NCBI GenBank assembly: GCA_020184695.1
Contig: JAANOX010000047.1
Span: 186,001 to 250,000, forward strand
Source: Histomonas meleagridis 2922-C6/04-290x
Lineage: Eukaryota; Protista; Parabasalia
Direction: 5' to 3'
Length of the DNA: 64,000 bases
Shown: piece after piece, positions 23,439 through 35,366 of the stretch
Position numbering within the stretch: position 1 is the first letter of the stretch
How the letters are laid out: every line of letters starts with the position of its first letter
Position numbers and translations under genes: made by a program
Notes under the pieces: model-generated
Databases searched by the model: none
Told to the model about the DNA's origin: nothing
Seen by the model: the letters and a program-made list of their open reading frames with translations, nothing else

Positions 23439-24233
23439 TCAGTTTGTTTTATTTTGTGCAAATTTTGATCTTTGTTCAGTTCTAGTGATTGCCTCCAGAA
23501 CGAGTCCGCACATTAGTGCAAGTGATGCCTCTTCTTCAATTTCAGCGCTTTCTCTTTCTTTATTTTTATTTTTATTAGAGAACCATTGGGCCAAATCTGC
23601 GCATTTTCTCATCAGCACAGGATTAAATTCAATTTCTTTGGATAAAACTTTCACCACGTACTCTTCTATGATCGCCAATTGGCTGTCCAACGCCTTAAAT
23701 GCGTCTGCTGTGAATTCGATTTGAGATTCAGATGTTCCTTCAGATTGAAGAGCAAGCATAGCTATACGTTCACCAAGTTCAGACTCATATGTGTAGTCGG
23801 ATTCAGTGAATTCACCTCCATGATTAACAAATACTCTAAACATTTGATCATGATCCTGAACAAATTCTGCTCTAACTAAAGTTTCCATTTCTTCGGCCTC
23901 ATCAAAGAGTTGCTGTATTTCATTTATTTCTTCTGGTGTAGCCTCTTTGCAAATAAACCAGCCGATTTTTATTTCGTTTGGAAAAACTTTGTTTCTAACA
24001 TTGAACAATATTTTGTATGAATCAGGTTCAATGATGAGTTGGCCATCTTCTTTGCGATGAATATCAATTTCTGCTGCACTCATAACTTCAATTAAGTTTC
24101 CTTCATAAGAACCAAGTAAAAGACCACATGGATAATCTAAAGGTTGCTCTAGTAGGCTGACGCGAGTTGCATGATCTGAGATTGTGAAAATTGCTTGTGG
24201 GTGGATTTTAATGACAAGCTTACCTGTCTTCAT
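23439..24233 (-). CDS. CSN6: MPN-domain protein, COP9 signalosome subunit 6-like
   Basis: IKIHPQAIFTISDHATR...GLLLG...IEV...IGWF pattern of non-catalytic MPN proteins; eIF3f/Rpn8 not fully excluded. Confidence 0.7.
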   Translation of the reverse strand: MKTGKLVIKIHPQAIFTISDHATRVSLLEQPLDYPCGLLLGSYEGNLIEVMSAAEIDIHRKEDGQLIIEPDSYKILFNVRNKVFPNEIKIGWFICKEATPEEINEIQQLFDEAEEMETLVRAEFVQDHDQMFRVFVNHGGEFTESDYTYESELGERIAMLALQSEGTSESQIEFTADAFKALDSQLAIIEEYVVKVLSKEIEFNPVLMRKCADLAQWFSNKNKNKERESAEIEEEASLALMCGLVLEAITRTEQRSKFAQNKTN

Positions 24234-24519
24234 TTAAAGAGACCGTTTTAAATGTGAACTCATTTTCATTTTTTTTTTTCCTTGTGTCATTATATTAATT
24301 TTCTTCAATAATATAACATAAATCAAAAATTTGTTTAAACCACATCCTCAATTGAAAGTTATTTTATATAAAATAGCTAAAAAATAACTGAACTTCATCA
24401 TGCTTTAGGATAAATCTTAATTCTTATGTAATTCCCTTAAATTAGATGTCATGCTTTTCTAAAAATATTACTGTATATTAGTTTTACTTTCGGTCAATCT
24501 TTTATAAATTATTTATTTA

Positions 24520-24661
24520 TAAGGTTGGCAACGGGAGAAGTTTCGAGCCTAAATGGAGTGAAAAAAAATATCTGGGGTATCTTTTTCAAAAAGTTTAAAT
24601 TCCTTTCTCCCATTCCCCCTGGACTGAGTCAAAAATGGACTTTGGGAATTTGCCAACTCTA
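24520..24661. mobile_element. Possible hAT-type MITE (~142 bp)
   Basis: Ends TAAGGTTGGCAA / TTGCCAACTCTA form an imperfect TIR; flanks TTTATTTA / TTGATTTA match 7/8; the interior is GC-richer than its surroundings. Confidence 0.4.
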
Positions 24662-25194
24662 TTGATTTAAATTATAAATATATATAGTGGACGGAAAAAT
24701 TCCCATCCATTCAAATTTTTTTATTTGAATAACTATATATTTAGATTTAAAATAATTATGAATAAAAATTAAAATTAATTGAGGAAATATATAGAGTTAT
24801 CATAATTTGAACTCAAAATTATAAAAAGATATTTTTATTAAATATTTGATTATGAAATATAATACAAAAATAGATATAGCTGATCAATAATTTTTATAAA
24901 TATATACTTTAAACAATTGTTTAAAAAGCATTTCTATGTATTATTACATGTAACTTTTGAAGCGTTTTCACAGCTCAATAAAAATCATCGTATAGTTCAA
25001 TTAAGAAATAATTTTATTTTTTGAATGAAAAATAAATCGAGAACAATTCTTTTTATCTTCTTCGTGTGTTTTGTCTCATTAATTCTTCAAATATTTTTTC
25101 TCTTTTTACTTTAAATTTTCCAATTTTATTTCAAATTAACTCTTTAAATTTATTTTATTAAAAGACACATCATCACACAACACATATTTTTTCG

Positions 25195-26517
25195 TTACGT
25201 TTGGTCCTCCACAATTCTATTTTGCCTCAATGGCACCGGCTTATTCTCTTCTGGATTTGCCGAGTGTGCCATTCTTGCGATTGCTTTTCTTTGGTGCGCT
25301 GCCATCATTATGCCTCTTTGTTTTCTCTTGTTATATAACTTCTTTGGCAAGTTTTGTTTTTCCGCAATTGCGTGTACTTCGGGCGAATGCTTAAACTTCT
25401 CCAACAGTTTCTCTTGGTATTGTTGCGCTTTCTTTTCTTTTTTACTTAGAACTCTTAGTTCTTCATTTGCTTTTGTCTTGAAGATACGAATATTCATATC
25501 TTCGCTTCCACAAAGTGCAAATTTACCATCGGGAGAAACACATACACAATAAACTCTTTGCATTCGATGCGTATGATAACAATCGCGACTTCGAATGTTT
25601 TCCCAATCCCAAATTCGGATTGTAGCATCATATGAACCAGAAACAAATTGTTTCCCATTCGGCGAGAAATTAATACATGTAACAGGGCCTAAATGATCAG
25701 TGTATACACGCACAGCTGTTTCGGTCTTACGCATATCAAATAAATAAATTCCTGTGTCATCATTTGCGGTAATGAAATAATATGGAATTTGTGGATTCCA
25801 ATCGACAGCATTGGTCTTCATTTGTAATGTTATGGACCGTGCTACACCACGTGTACGAGTATCAGCTACAATAACAGAACGATCATTGCCACATGCTAAA
25901 ATGAGATTGACCTCACTTTGATTAAATACTGAATCAATGTATTCAACATTCCCCCATTCAAAGCGTTGGATTGGTGTGTTACGAAGTGGTGACCAAAGAT
26001 CAACATGTGATCCGGCTGTAACAAAATTATCATTTGCCCAGGAATGATCAACACCATTAAGAGCTCCATCACTGGCATAAGCAAAATTTGAGTCTGTACT
26101 AAAACCACAAACATTGGAATCGGAACCAACACTAAGAATTAAATCTGAGGTGGGGGAACAACATACATCATTGACAATAAGAGGATGGGCTTTAATAACA
26201 CGCTTGCATTCACGGGTTGTTACATCCCAAACTCGAATGTCGCCATCGGCACCACCTGATACAACTGTTCGAAAGTTTCGTGGATGACGTGTTAAACTGT
26301 ACACAGAATCAGAATGTCCATCAAGTGAACCAATAAATGGCTTAGAAAACATTTTTTTCATTTTGGCAGCACGTACCGCACGAACATATTCTGTATTTTG
26401 TGCAAGTGGATGGAGATCAGGTGATGTATTCTTGAATATCTTAAGAGCTTCTGAACGATTGCCTCGGCCAAAATCAGCTTCACGGCGAGCAATTACACTT
26501 ACTTTTGGCTTTTCCAT
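25195..26517 (-). CDS. DCAF13: SOF1/DCAF13 WD40 protein (SSU processome)
   Basis: EYVRAVRAAKMKKMFSKPFIGSLDGHSD, WD40 repeats, YHTHRMQRV and the Sof1 C-terminal domain. Confidence 0.95.
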   Translation of the reverse strand: MEKPKVSVIARREADFGRGNRSEALKIFKNTSPDLHPLAQNTEYVRAVRAAKMKKMFSKPFIGSLDGHSDSVYSLTRHPRNFRTVVSGGADGDIRVWDVTTRECKRVIKAHPLIVNDVCCSPTSDLILSVGSDSNVCGFSTDSNFAYASDGALNGVDHSWANDNFVTAGSHVDLWSPLRNTPIQRFEWGNVEYIDSVFNQSEVNLILACGNDRSVIVADTRTRGVARSITLQMKTNAVDWNPQIPYYFITANDDTGIYLFDMRKTETAVRVYTDHLGPVTCINFSPNGKQFVSGSYDATIRIWDWENIRSRDCYHTHRMQRVYCVCVSPDGKFALCGSEDMNIRIFKTKANEELRVLSKKEKKAQQYQEKLLEKFKHSPEVHAIAEKQNLPKKLYNKRKQRGIMMAAHQRKAIARMAHSANPEENKPVPLRQNRIVEDQT

Positions 26518-26688
26518 TTGTGGTCAAGCGTAATTGAATCATTATTTGGTCAATTAAAATCACCACACGTTTTGACTGAGTATGTAAAGTAATCAAAAAT
26601 AAAAATTCAATACATTTTAATCGTTATATATTGCAAATAAACGGTAACATAAACAAAGAATTTTCCCATTGTTCAAAGGAAATAAAGA

Positions 26689-27396
26689 ATGAATGATGAA
26701 ACAAAAAATGTAATACTTAATATTATGATATTATTTTATTTTCTTTTAGTTTATATTATCGGATTTTCAGGTTCATATTCACACCGAAATACTTTTTTAG
26801 GAAAACTTAACAAAAAATTCCTTAATATCTTTAATATTGTTGGACTTTCTCTTATTCCACCATTAACATATTTAATTCTTTATATTTGGAATACCTATGT
26901 TTATTTCGATATTGTTAATCGAGTTTTAAGTCAATTAACAACATATGAAGATCTTATTACGAAAATATCTATTATTTGTGTTCCAATTTCTATGATATTC
27001 TTTCTTTTAACCATTATTATACCACCAACATATGAAAATAATGAATCACCACAATATTCATATCTTAATTTAAGTTTCATTACGAAACGTAATTTTATCT
27101 TTTATATTATTTTTCTTCTTTCTACATTATTCACTTTTACATTTCACTTGGTATTTGTTGTTAAATATTTAATTTGGCGAATTCATTATACACTTAATGA
27201 AAAATTCATTGAAAGTGCGCCATTTCACAAATTATTTAAACTCAGTACGATTGTTCTTCTTCGGAATGAACCGGAACTTATGAGTTGTGCACTTCGTTCT
27301 CTTCCTATTTGTATTTATCTTTTTGTTCAAATTATTGATCAAATTTATTTGAAAATTCATCACAAAAATAATAAAATGAATAATAAAAATGATTAA
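26689..27396 (+). CDS. Multi-pass membrane protein, copy 1 (weak resemblance to Swf1/ZDHHC4-type proteins but no DHHC motif)
   Basis: 235 aa with about five TM segments; near-identical to 47185-47892. Confidence 0.7.
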   Translation: MNDETKNVILNIMILFYFLLVYIIGFSGSYSHRNTFLGKLNKKFLNIFNIVGLSLIPPLTYLILYIWNTYVYFDIVNRVLSQLTTYEDLITKISIICVPISMIFFLLTIIIPPTYENNESPQYSYLNLSFITKRNFIFYIIFLLSTLFTFTFHLVFVVKYLIWRIHYTLNEKFIESAPFHKLFKLSTIVLLRNEPELMSCALRSLPICIYLFVQIIDQIYLKIHHKNNKMNNKND

Positions 27397-28700
27397 ATTA
27401 ATAAAATAAATATTGTTATTACTTTCACACATATTATATCTTATGCAATTCAAAAAAGCAACACATGACAAAGCATTTTAATATCATAAAATAAGCACCT
27501 TGATGATGCAAAATAAGTCGAATAATTGAAATGAAAGAAGCATAACGTAATATTTAAAAATTTGAATAATTTTTGTTTGTTTGTTTGTTTGTTTTGTTTT
27601 GCTGTTGTTTTATATTTATATGTTCAACGTTAAGATGTGCATCACCTGCTGAAATGCCTTAATCGCAACTTCTTTTCTCCTAACACAATTTCATTAAAGA
27701 ATCTTATGTACTTGTCAAATGACGTTCTCTCACAATCAATAAAGCTGTTCCGCCTTTTGTTGTTCAAACTAAAACAGTCCAATTCTCCATATTGTTTGAT
27801 CCTTGGATATAATATTTTGTTGTAGGAAAGCTGCTGAGAAACAGTTTTTCTTTTTGTGTTCGCATTGGAGTCAGCATCGTTCAATGTACAAAGAGAATGT
27901 GTGGGAGGTTGCTTATGAAAGCGACGGAAATCAAAATTGGATGAAGTAATGTAAACATCAGCTCAATGTGGCGATTGCTATTTGCTCTTTTGATCATATT
28001 TTTGAAAATGCCTCCAATAAACTCTGGTTCATCCGAAAATAGCTCAAAGTTTTTAAAACAAACAAATTTAGTTTTGGATCAATTATAACATTTTTTAATT
28101 ATCTTGCCTTTATTTATAGTAATAACATCATCAAGTTACCCTTGATGGAAAACTTTTCCATTTCACAGATCATATTATTGAATTTTGTTGTTGTTTAAAA
28201 GGAAAATTTCTCGAAAATGTACGAAAGAATTCTGATTAAAGTGAAATACCAAAGGTTAATTTTTTTCTATTTAATGGTATGTCAATTTTTAAAATCCTAT
28301 TGTGGAATTTTTTGTAACAAATCGAAATAGTGTCATATAAAAAAAATTAAACATGATATAAAATTCTATATGAGAACTATTCCATTTTAACTTTAATATT
28401 ATTTGATAACACAAAATATTCAAATATGATAAAAATATATCAATATTCTGATAATTACGAAAAATTAAATAAATTTGTGATTTTAATTTATTTTAAAATT
28501 ATATACAAAAATAATATTTATTAAAATACCTATATAACAAAGAAAAAATTTGCTTGATTTTATTAAGGATAAGGTTCATTTTTTGAAACTTTTTATTCAC
28601 TTACTGCTAAACCACAAATTGAAAAAATGACAAATGTATAATTCTGAAATTTTAAATCGCTTTCAAATTTCAATTGAAAGATTTCTCCAACGAGTAAGGC

Positions 28701-31700
28701 ATGTTCCACCCTTTTTCATTTTCATTCGTCTTAAATGTAATTTCTTCGGTAGAGACAGATGATTATAAAAAATGGAAGAAGATTAGGAACAAAATTATCG
28801 CATCATTTGGTTCGCGTCTTCTTACATTTACAGAAGATGAGTTATCTTATTTTTATATAGGAATAGAAGGCGAAATCACTCAAAGAGTTTCAGCAGACGA
28901 TTCTCTCCAGCAAATGATTTTTTTGCTTTTAATATCAATTCTACATTATTATAGGAGATCTTTCAATCAATTGAAAACATATTTCAAAGATATCAAGACG
29001 ATTGCTATGAGCTCAAATCATAATGTGTGTTGTGGTGTTGCTCAACTACTTAAATGGGTAGGACAAGAATCGAAAGATAATATCACATTTTTGCGTGAAA
29101 TGGTTGAAGCAGCAAATGGGTGGCTTTCTCTTCGTGAAAAGGAGAAGTATGTTTTTAATGCCCTTATTATTTTACGCCAAGTTGGGAAAATCGTACCACA
29201 AGATGTTGTCGATATTTCAATGAGTCACTTTCCCGAACTTATTTCAGCAGTTTGTTCATCCGACAAAGATCTTCGATCAGTTGCAATTAAAGTTTTGCGT
29301 ATTCATCTCAATCATCTTCCATCACATTTTTCCAAAAATCATTCAATTGTACTTTTTTCAGACTTAATCAATGAATTTCAAAAGCCAAAGCAACTTCCAC
29401 ATGGTCCTGTTTTAGTTTGTCGTCTATTATATGACATTTCACCCGATGTAATATCATCCAAAATTGACATTATGATTTCCATTTTGTTTTCTATATTAGT
29501 TGTCCCTGATGTTGATTTAGCTGCTGATGCGTTTGACTTTTTATATGTTCTAATTAAGAATAATCCAACACTTGTTACCACCGAAGTCCCCACAACGATT
29601 TTTTCATGTTTAAATACGCAAGTATTAAATTCCAATCAAACTGAAACGTTATTTAAATTCTATGAAAAATTTGTTTCTATTTTACCAAAAGAATTAATAC
29701 CATTAAAACTAATTGTTAAAACAATGAAAAAGATTATATTTAAACCAGATTTCGAAATATTATATAATTCTGCGTTTGAAGTATTAATTAATTTAATGAC
29801 AATTTTCCCTGATTTACAAATGCCATCAAAAATCTTTAGTAAGTTAATACCATATTCAGGATTTATACAAGCGTTAAGAATGCGACCTGAAAAATTTCAT
29901 TCTTTAAAATCGGAACTATTAAAATATTATGAAAAAGGAATTGAAGAAAATGCTACAACGAAATATATTTATTTCTCAATATGTTTAGTTAAAACGTTTG
30001 GAAATTTATTATTTTCCAATATGTTTGAAACATTTGAACAAATCAAAAAATTTACATATCATCAAGATGAATCAATTCGTTTATTATTAGTCGAAGCTTT
30101 AAGTGTTTTTTCATATACTAAAGCTACAAAAGAATTAATACGAATCGCAATATATGATTCATCTAAAAAAGTACGAATTTCATGTTTGAAACATCTTGAA
30201 ACTCAAACGTTACCAAGTGATGGAGAAAATTTATCACAACTATTAAATGATTCATCATTTAAAATACGTCAATTAGTTATACCTTTATTGACAAATGTTT
30301 TAGTATCGAATCCATTAAAATTATCTCCTGAATTATCGAAAATGATATTATATCATTTATCTACGAATTTAACAAATACATCACCTGCTAAATGTGCTAA
30401 AGCAGCATCAATACTTCCATTATTTGCTAAATATTTTTGTCCTTTTATACCTAATGTAGTACCAAATATTATTTGGTTTTGTTCAGTATTATTATTACAT
30501 GGAGAAAAAATACCGGAATTAAATTGTGATATTCATGATTATGATGATTATCAACCACAAGATTTAAACAAAGTTATCCATTGGGATATAATGAATGAAT
30601 ATTTAACTGATCCACAAAAAGAACCATTTAATGAAAAAGAAGTCAATTTAATGAAATTATTTCAAATTGAAAATGAGAAATGGCTTGAAAAAAGAGATAA
30701 ATATTTATTTAATACGTTAGAGAATTTATGTGATTATTTACCACCATTTATAATGCAAATTATTCCAATTTTTATATATACATTTTCATCTAAACATGTG
30801 ACAGGTGTTTATTTATCAGCATTAAGTGCATTAAACTCATTAATATTAACATTTGATTCTAAGATTCGAATTGATTTATTCTTTCCAGATTTAATACCTT
30901 CATTATTACGATTGTTAAGTAAAACTACAAATAATCAAATATCATTAGCAATATTACGTTTGATTGGTACTATTGGTACACTTGGATATACAACACAACA
31001 TGCAGAAAGAGATGATAATTCAATTGATCCAATGACTTTCATGTCATCACAATCAAATACTTTATTTGTATTAGAAAGGTTAACAAGTTATTTGAAAGAA
31101 CCAACACCTGTAATATTTGAAGCAATTACATCAATATTTGCTCATGAGCCACAATTTGCTGTCCGATATTTAGGACAAATATTAAATGCTTTTATAGTTG
31201 TAATTGATGTTGGTGAAGGAATTAATTCCTTATTTAATAATTTAGAAATTATTTCTTATTATAGTGGTTCACATATGATTCCTTATTTACCTTTATTTTT
31301 TAATATTATGAAACAACATTTTGTTAATATTAATTGTTTGAAATGGTTAGTTACATTATCATTTCAATTAAAAGTTGATTTTAAACAATGTTCAAGTCAT
31401 TTATATCCAATTTCTCTTAAATATTTGGATGTAACAAGTAAAGAATTTTTAAATTATTTGTTAAAATTTATAACTTTCGGAATATTATTTCAACATCAAT
31501 GTATAGATATGTTTATTGAAAACATTGAAACACAATTTCAAACAATTCGTTCTTTGGATAACTTAAATACATCAATGATACTTAAAAGTCTTTCATTAAT
31601 TGTCCAAAATTTAAATAGTAAATTTTATGTTGGTCGACTTTCATCTTTAGCATTTCATTTATTATCTATTGGAATAACGCCATCATTAGAAGAATTTATA

Positions 31701-34700
31701 TTAAACTTATGTTTATATGGAAATTTAGATACATCTTTTCTTGAAAAAGTTGCTAATAAATATGGACGAAAAATCCCATATTTAAATGAAATTAGAAATT
31801 TATCATTTCATTATTTATATTCAGGGAAAACAATGTTTGTGAAAGAAAGATTTCCACATATTAATACTAAGAATTTTAATATGATAAAAATACCACCTAT
31901 TAGTTGTAATGTTTTTGATTGTTTACCTACACCTGTATTTAATAATACACGGAAATGGATTGAAGAATTATCTATTTTACTTGTAGTTAATTCGCCATTA
32001 ATTTCGATTAGAAGTTGTCATAATCTTGTTAAAGAATCAGCTTCTTTTAGAATCGAAATATTTCAAGCAGCTTTCTTATCTTGTTGGATACCATCAAGTA
32101 ATAAAGATAAAGAAGTATTTTCGAAAGTAATCCAAAGTTTCTTAACTAATTATGATATAATTGATTCAATGATTTTATCATTAGCTGAAACTCTTGATCG
32201 TGCAAGTTGTCCATTATTAATTAATGATGATATATTATCAAATGCTGCTAAATTAAGCGCATTATCATTATTTTTCTTACAAAGACATTTACATGAAAAT
32301 CTTAAAAATAAAGCCGCGATTGAACAAATGATGAAATTAAATATAGGAATGGGAAGATATCATTCCGCTAGAGGTTTGATTGCTATAGCTGGTAATATCA
32401 TCGGAGAAAGTAAATCTGGTGAATGGCTTGAAGAATTAGGTGAATGGGAAAGAGCTTTAGAGATTTATGAATCACAAAATAATAAAGCTGGTTTAATTAG
32501 ATGTTATTCATTACTAGAACAATGGGAAAATGTTCGACAAATGTCTCCTTTATTTGAGAAAATGAATGATAAAGAAAAGATAGAAAACGCTCAATGGTTT
32601 GCGTGGGCATTTTATCATTCACAAGAGACAGAAAAAGTTTATTATTATATTAAATTCTTGGATGATAAAGTTAATAAGAATTCCGCATTATTTAAGTCTT
32701 TGTTTTATATTAAAACTGGTCAATATGATTTAGCTAAAACTTGTATACAAAATGGTTTCGCGTTATTACTTGAAAATAGAGCGATTTATGGTGGTTCTGA
32801 TGCGAATCAAGCAACTTTAAATTTGATATTTTCACAACATTTAATTGAGTTAGAAGAAGTTTTAAAAATTAAAAAAAATAATTTAAAAACAGTTCCAAAA
32901 ATTTGGAAACAAAAACTTCAAAACTTTTCACAATCAAGTGATGTCTGGATGAAATTAATTGAAATTCGAAGTTTATTATTATCACCATCAGAACATATTG
33001 ATTCATGTTTGAAAATGATTTCAGTATTACGTAAAGAACGTAAATGGCGAATTATCGATTCTTATGTTTCAAGATTAAGTTCTATTCAATATCATCCATT
33101 AATGTTTTTATCACAAGTTAAAGTAGCTTGGGCACGTGGCAACAAACTTTTTGCATTAAAAATGATACAAGAGATATCGAATTTATTTGAAAATCCTTCA
33201 TTTGAACTGTTTAAACAATTAATTGAACATTTATATCCAACGATAGATAATACACCAAATGAAGATTTAACCAAAATGTTTGAATTATTCCAAGGTAATC
33301 ATCCTAATCTTGAAGTATCATTCCAAGCAAAAATATTACGAATTCAAGCTACTTGGCAATATACATTATATAAAGCTCGAGATCCAAATTCGGTTCCACT
33401 TTTAGAGATAATTCATGGATTCGAAAGATCTTTATCATTAAATTGTGATGATTATCGATCTTGGTCAGGTATAGCTTATGCATCTTCACGTGCTTTATCT
33501 CATAATCCTGAAATGCGTGCGAAGTTTACAATCGACGCACTTTCCGCTTTTTTAAAGGCGACTGGATTACATCCATCAGGTTCATTAGAATATTTATGTC
33601 AAATGTTTAGTATATTTTTTAGATATGCTGAATATATAACTTTACCTGATGAATTAACAAATGATATATTATCATTACCTTCTTCAATTGTAATACAAAT
33701 CATTCCACAAATTGTTGTACATATAGCACATCCAGATGAAAATGTTTGTCGAATTGTACAAGATTTAATATCTTCATTTTCAGAAGAACATTTTGAAGCT
33801 GTAGTTTATGGTTTAAATGTTTTATCATTAATTCCAGATAAACAAAAATCAAAAATTGCGCGTGACTTCTTAAATTCATTAGGTTCTAAACATACGCAAT
33901 TATTTAATGATGCACAATTGCTTATTAATGGTTTACATAAATGTGCCATTTCACAATGTGAAAAATTAATTTCTTCACTTGATTCTGCTTCAAGAGCTCA
34001 TCAAAATAATAATAATGAACTTATGAAACAAATTCTTGAAGAACAATTTAATTCATTTGATCAACCAATGTGTAAATTTGATTCTGATTTTACTAATACT
34101 TATGCTACCACATTAAAACGATGTCGAGCAGCATTTGAGCAATATAAAAATGGTAATTCATCAAACATACGTAATATGTGGGATGGATTACGTGCATTAT
34201 TTGTAGAGCTTGATGATAAAATGCGAAGACTTTCATCAATATCATTATATGATGTTAATGAAGAATTAGCTAATAAACGCGGATTTGTTTTACATATTCC
34301 AGGAATGTATTCAGTCGAACGTGACTCACCTAAAATCATGTCGATTGATCCATCATTAAATGTTTTAGCTACACAACAACATCCACGAAGTTTATATATG
34401 ACTGATACTGATGGGAAGAATTGGAAGTTTTTATTAAAAGGTAATGAAGATTTACGACTTGATCAACGTATAATGCAATTTTTTTATTTGATTAATTCAT
34501 TATTAAAGACTAATCGTTATACAGTTGAACTTGGCACACTTATCGAGCAATATGCAATTGTACCATTTGCTCCTAATGCTGGATTAATATCATGGGTTAC
34601 AGGTGCTGATACACTTCAAGCATTAATTTCGGAACATCGAGTTCAACGTGGGACACATCCACAAGTTGAATCCGAAATATTATTCCAACAATGCGGTACA

Positions 34701-35366
34701 ATATTTAATAGTTTATCTGCGTTACAAAGAATGGAAGCATTCGAACAAGTAAGTGAAAACACGACGGCCGATGAATTACGTGAAATCCTTTGGCTAAAAT
34801 CGCCGGGTCCTTCTTCTTGGCTTGAACGGAATAACATTTATACAACGTCAACTGCTTTGATGTCGATCTCTGGTTACGTAATTGGTTTAGGAGATCGTCA
34901 TCCAAGTAATATAATGATACAAAGACATACCGGAAGAGTGATACACATCGATTTCGGTGATTCCTTCGAGGCAGCATCGACAAGGAAATTGTTCCCAGAA
35001 AGAGTTCCTTTTAGAATGACAAGAATGATAGAAAACGCTTTGGATGGAAGTACGGTGGAAGGATTATTTAGAAGATCTTGTGAAGATATATTATGGGTTC
35101 TAAGAGAGCATCAAAGCCCTTTGGTGGCTCAGCTAGAAATATTCGTGCATGAACCTATTTTCATGAGTAAGAATATCGCTGTAGGTAATGCTGTACAACA
35201 TACTATATTAAGTAGAGTATCACAAAAATTGTCCGGAACAGACTTAAATGAAGAGGTTTCTCCAGAGCCTATGACAGTGGATAAGCAAGTAGATGTTTTA
35301 TTGTCGATTGCAAGAGATCAATCAAGATATGTAAGACATTATGCTGGTTGGTGTCCTTTTTGGTAA
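28701..35366 (+). CDS. TOR: TOR-family PIKK kinase (HEAT, FAT, FRB-like, kinase, FATC)
   Basis: FLLKGNEDLRLDQR, GLGDRHPSN, IHIDFGD, ERVPFRMT and terminal GWCPFW. Confidence 0.95.
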   Translation: MFHPFSFSFVLNVISSVETDDYKKWKKIRNKIIASFGSRLLTFTEDELSYFYIGIEGEITQRVSADDSLQQMIFLLLISILHYYRRSFNQLKTYFKDIKTIAMSSNHNVCCGVAQLLKWVGQESKDNITFLREMVEAANGWLSLREKEKYVFNALIILRQVGKIVPQDVVDISMSHFPELISAVCSSDKDLRSVAIKVLRIHLNHLPSHFSKNHSIVLFSDLINEFQKPKQLPHGPVLVCRLLYDISPDVISSKIDIMISILFSILVVPDVDLAADAFDFLYVLIKNNPTLVTTEVPTTIFSCLNTQVLNSNQTETLFKFYEKFVSILPKELIPLKLIVKTMKKIIFKPDFEILYNSAFEVLINLMTIFPDLQMPSKIFSKLIPYSGFIQALRMRPEKFHSLKSELLKYYEKGIEENATTKYIYFSICLVKTFGNLLFSNMFETFEQIKKFTYHQDESIRLLLVEALSVFSYTKATKELIRIAIYDSSKKVRISCLKHLETQTLPSDGENLSQLLNDSSFKIRQLVIPLLTNVLVSNPLKLSPELSKMILYHLSTNLTNTSPAKCAKAASILPLFAKYFCPFIPNVVPNIIWFCSVLLLHGEKIPELNCDIHDYDDYQPQDLNKVIHWDIMNEYLTDPQKEPFNEKEVNLMKLFQIENEKWLEKRDKYLFNTLENLCDYLPPFIMQIIPIFIYTFSSKHVTGVYLSALSALNSLILTFDSKIRIDLFFPDLIPSLLRLLSKTTNNQISLAILRLIGTIGTLGYTTQHAERDDNSIDPMTFMSSQSNTLFVLERLTSYLKEPTPVIFEAITSIFAHEPQFAVRYLGQILNAFIVVIDVGEGINSLFNNLEIISYYSGSHMIPYLPLFFNIMKQHFVNINCLKWLVTLSFQLKVDFKQCSSHLYPISLKYLDVTSKEFLNYLLKFITFGILFQHQCIDMFIENIETQFQTIRSLDNLNTSMILKSLSLIVQNLNSKFYVGRLSSLAFHLLSIGITPSLEEFILNLCLYGNLDTSFLEKVANKYGRKIPYLNEIRNLSFHYLYSGKTMFVKERFPHINTKNFNMIKIPPISCNVFDCLPTPVFNNTRKWIEELSILLVVNSPLISIRSCHNLVKESASFRIEIFQAAFLSCWIPSSNKDKEVFSKVIQSFLTNYDIIDSMILSLAETLDRASCPLLINDDILSNAAKLSALSLFFLQRHLHENLKNKAAIEQMMKLNIGMGRYHSARGLIAIAGNIIGESKSGEWLEELGEWERALEIYESQNNKAGLIRCYSLLEQWENVRQMSPLFEKMNDKEKIENAQWFAWAFYHSQETEKVYYYIKFLDDKVNKNSALFKSLFYIKTGQYDLAKTCIQNGFALLLENRAIYGGSDANQATLNLIFSQHLIELEEVLKIKKNNLKTVPKIWKQKLQNFSQSSDVWMKLIEIRSLLLSPSEHIDSCLKMISVLRKERKWRIIDSYVSRLSSIQYHPLMFLSQVKVAWARGNKLFALKMIQEISNLFENPSFELFKQLIEHLYPTIDNTPNEDLTKMFELFQGNHPNLEVSFQAKILRIQATWQYTLYKARDPNSVPLLEIIHGFERSLSLNCDDYRSWSGIAYASSRALSHNPEMRAKFTIDALSAFLKATGLHPSGSLEYLCQMFSIFFRYAEYITLPDELTNDILSLPSSIVIQIIPQIVVHIAHPDENVCRIVQDLISSFSEEHFEAVVYGLNVLSLIPDKQKSKIARDFLNSLGSKHTQLFNDAQLLINGLHKCAISQCEKLISSLDSASRAHQNNNNELMKQILEEQFNSFDQPMCKFDSDFTNTYATTLKRCRAAFEQYKNGNSSNIRNMWDGLRALFVELDDKMRRLSSISLYDVNEELANKRGFVLHIPGMYSVERDSPKIMSIDPSLNVLATQQHPRSLYMTDTDGKNWKFLLKGNEDLRLDQRIMQFFYLINSLLKTNRYTVELGTLIEQYAIVPFAPNAGLISWVTGADTLQALISEHRVQRGTHPQVESEILFQQCGTIFNSLSALQRMEAFEQVSENTTADELREILWLKSPGPSSWLERNNIYTTSTALMSISGYVIGLGDRHPSNIMIQRHTGRVIHIDFGDSFEAASTRKLFPERVPFRMTRMIENALDGSTVEGLFRRSCEDILWVLREHQSPLVAQLEIFVHEPIFMSKNIAVGNAVQHTILSRVSQKLSGTDLNEEVSPEPMTVDKQVDVLLSIARDQSRYVRHYAGWCPFW

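Noticed and set aside
27640-28200. Short minus-strand ORF and remnant upstream of TOR
   Set aside because: No ATG start and no recognisable family; cannot be supported.
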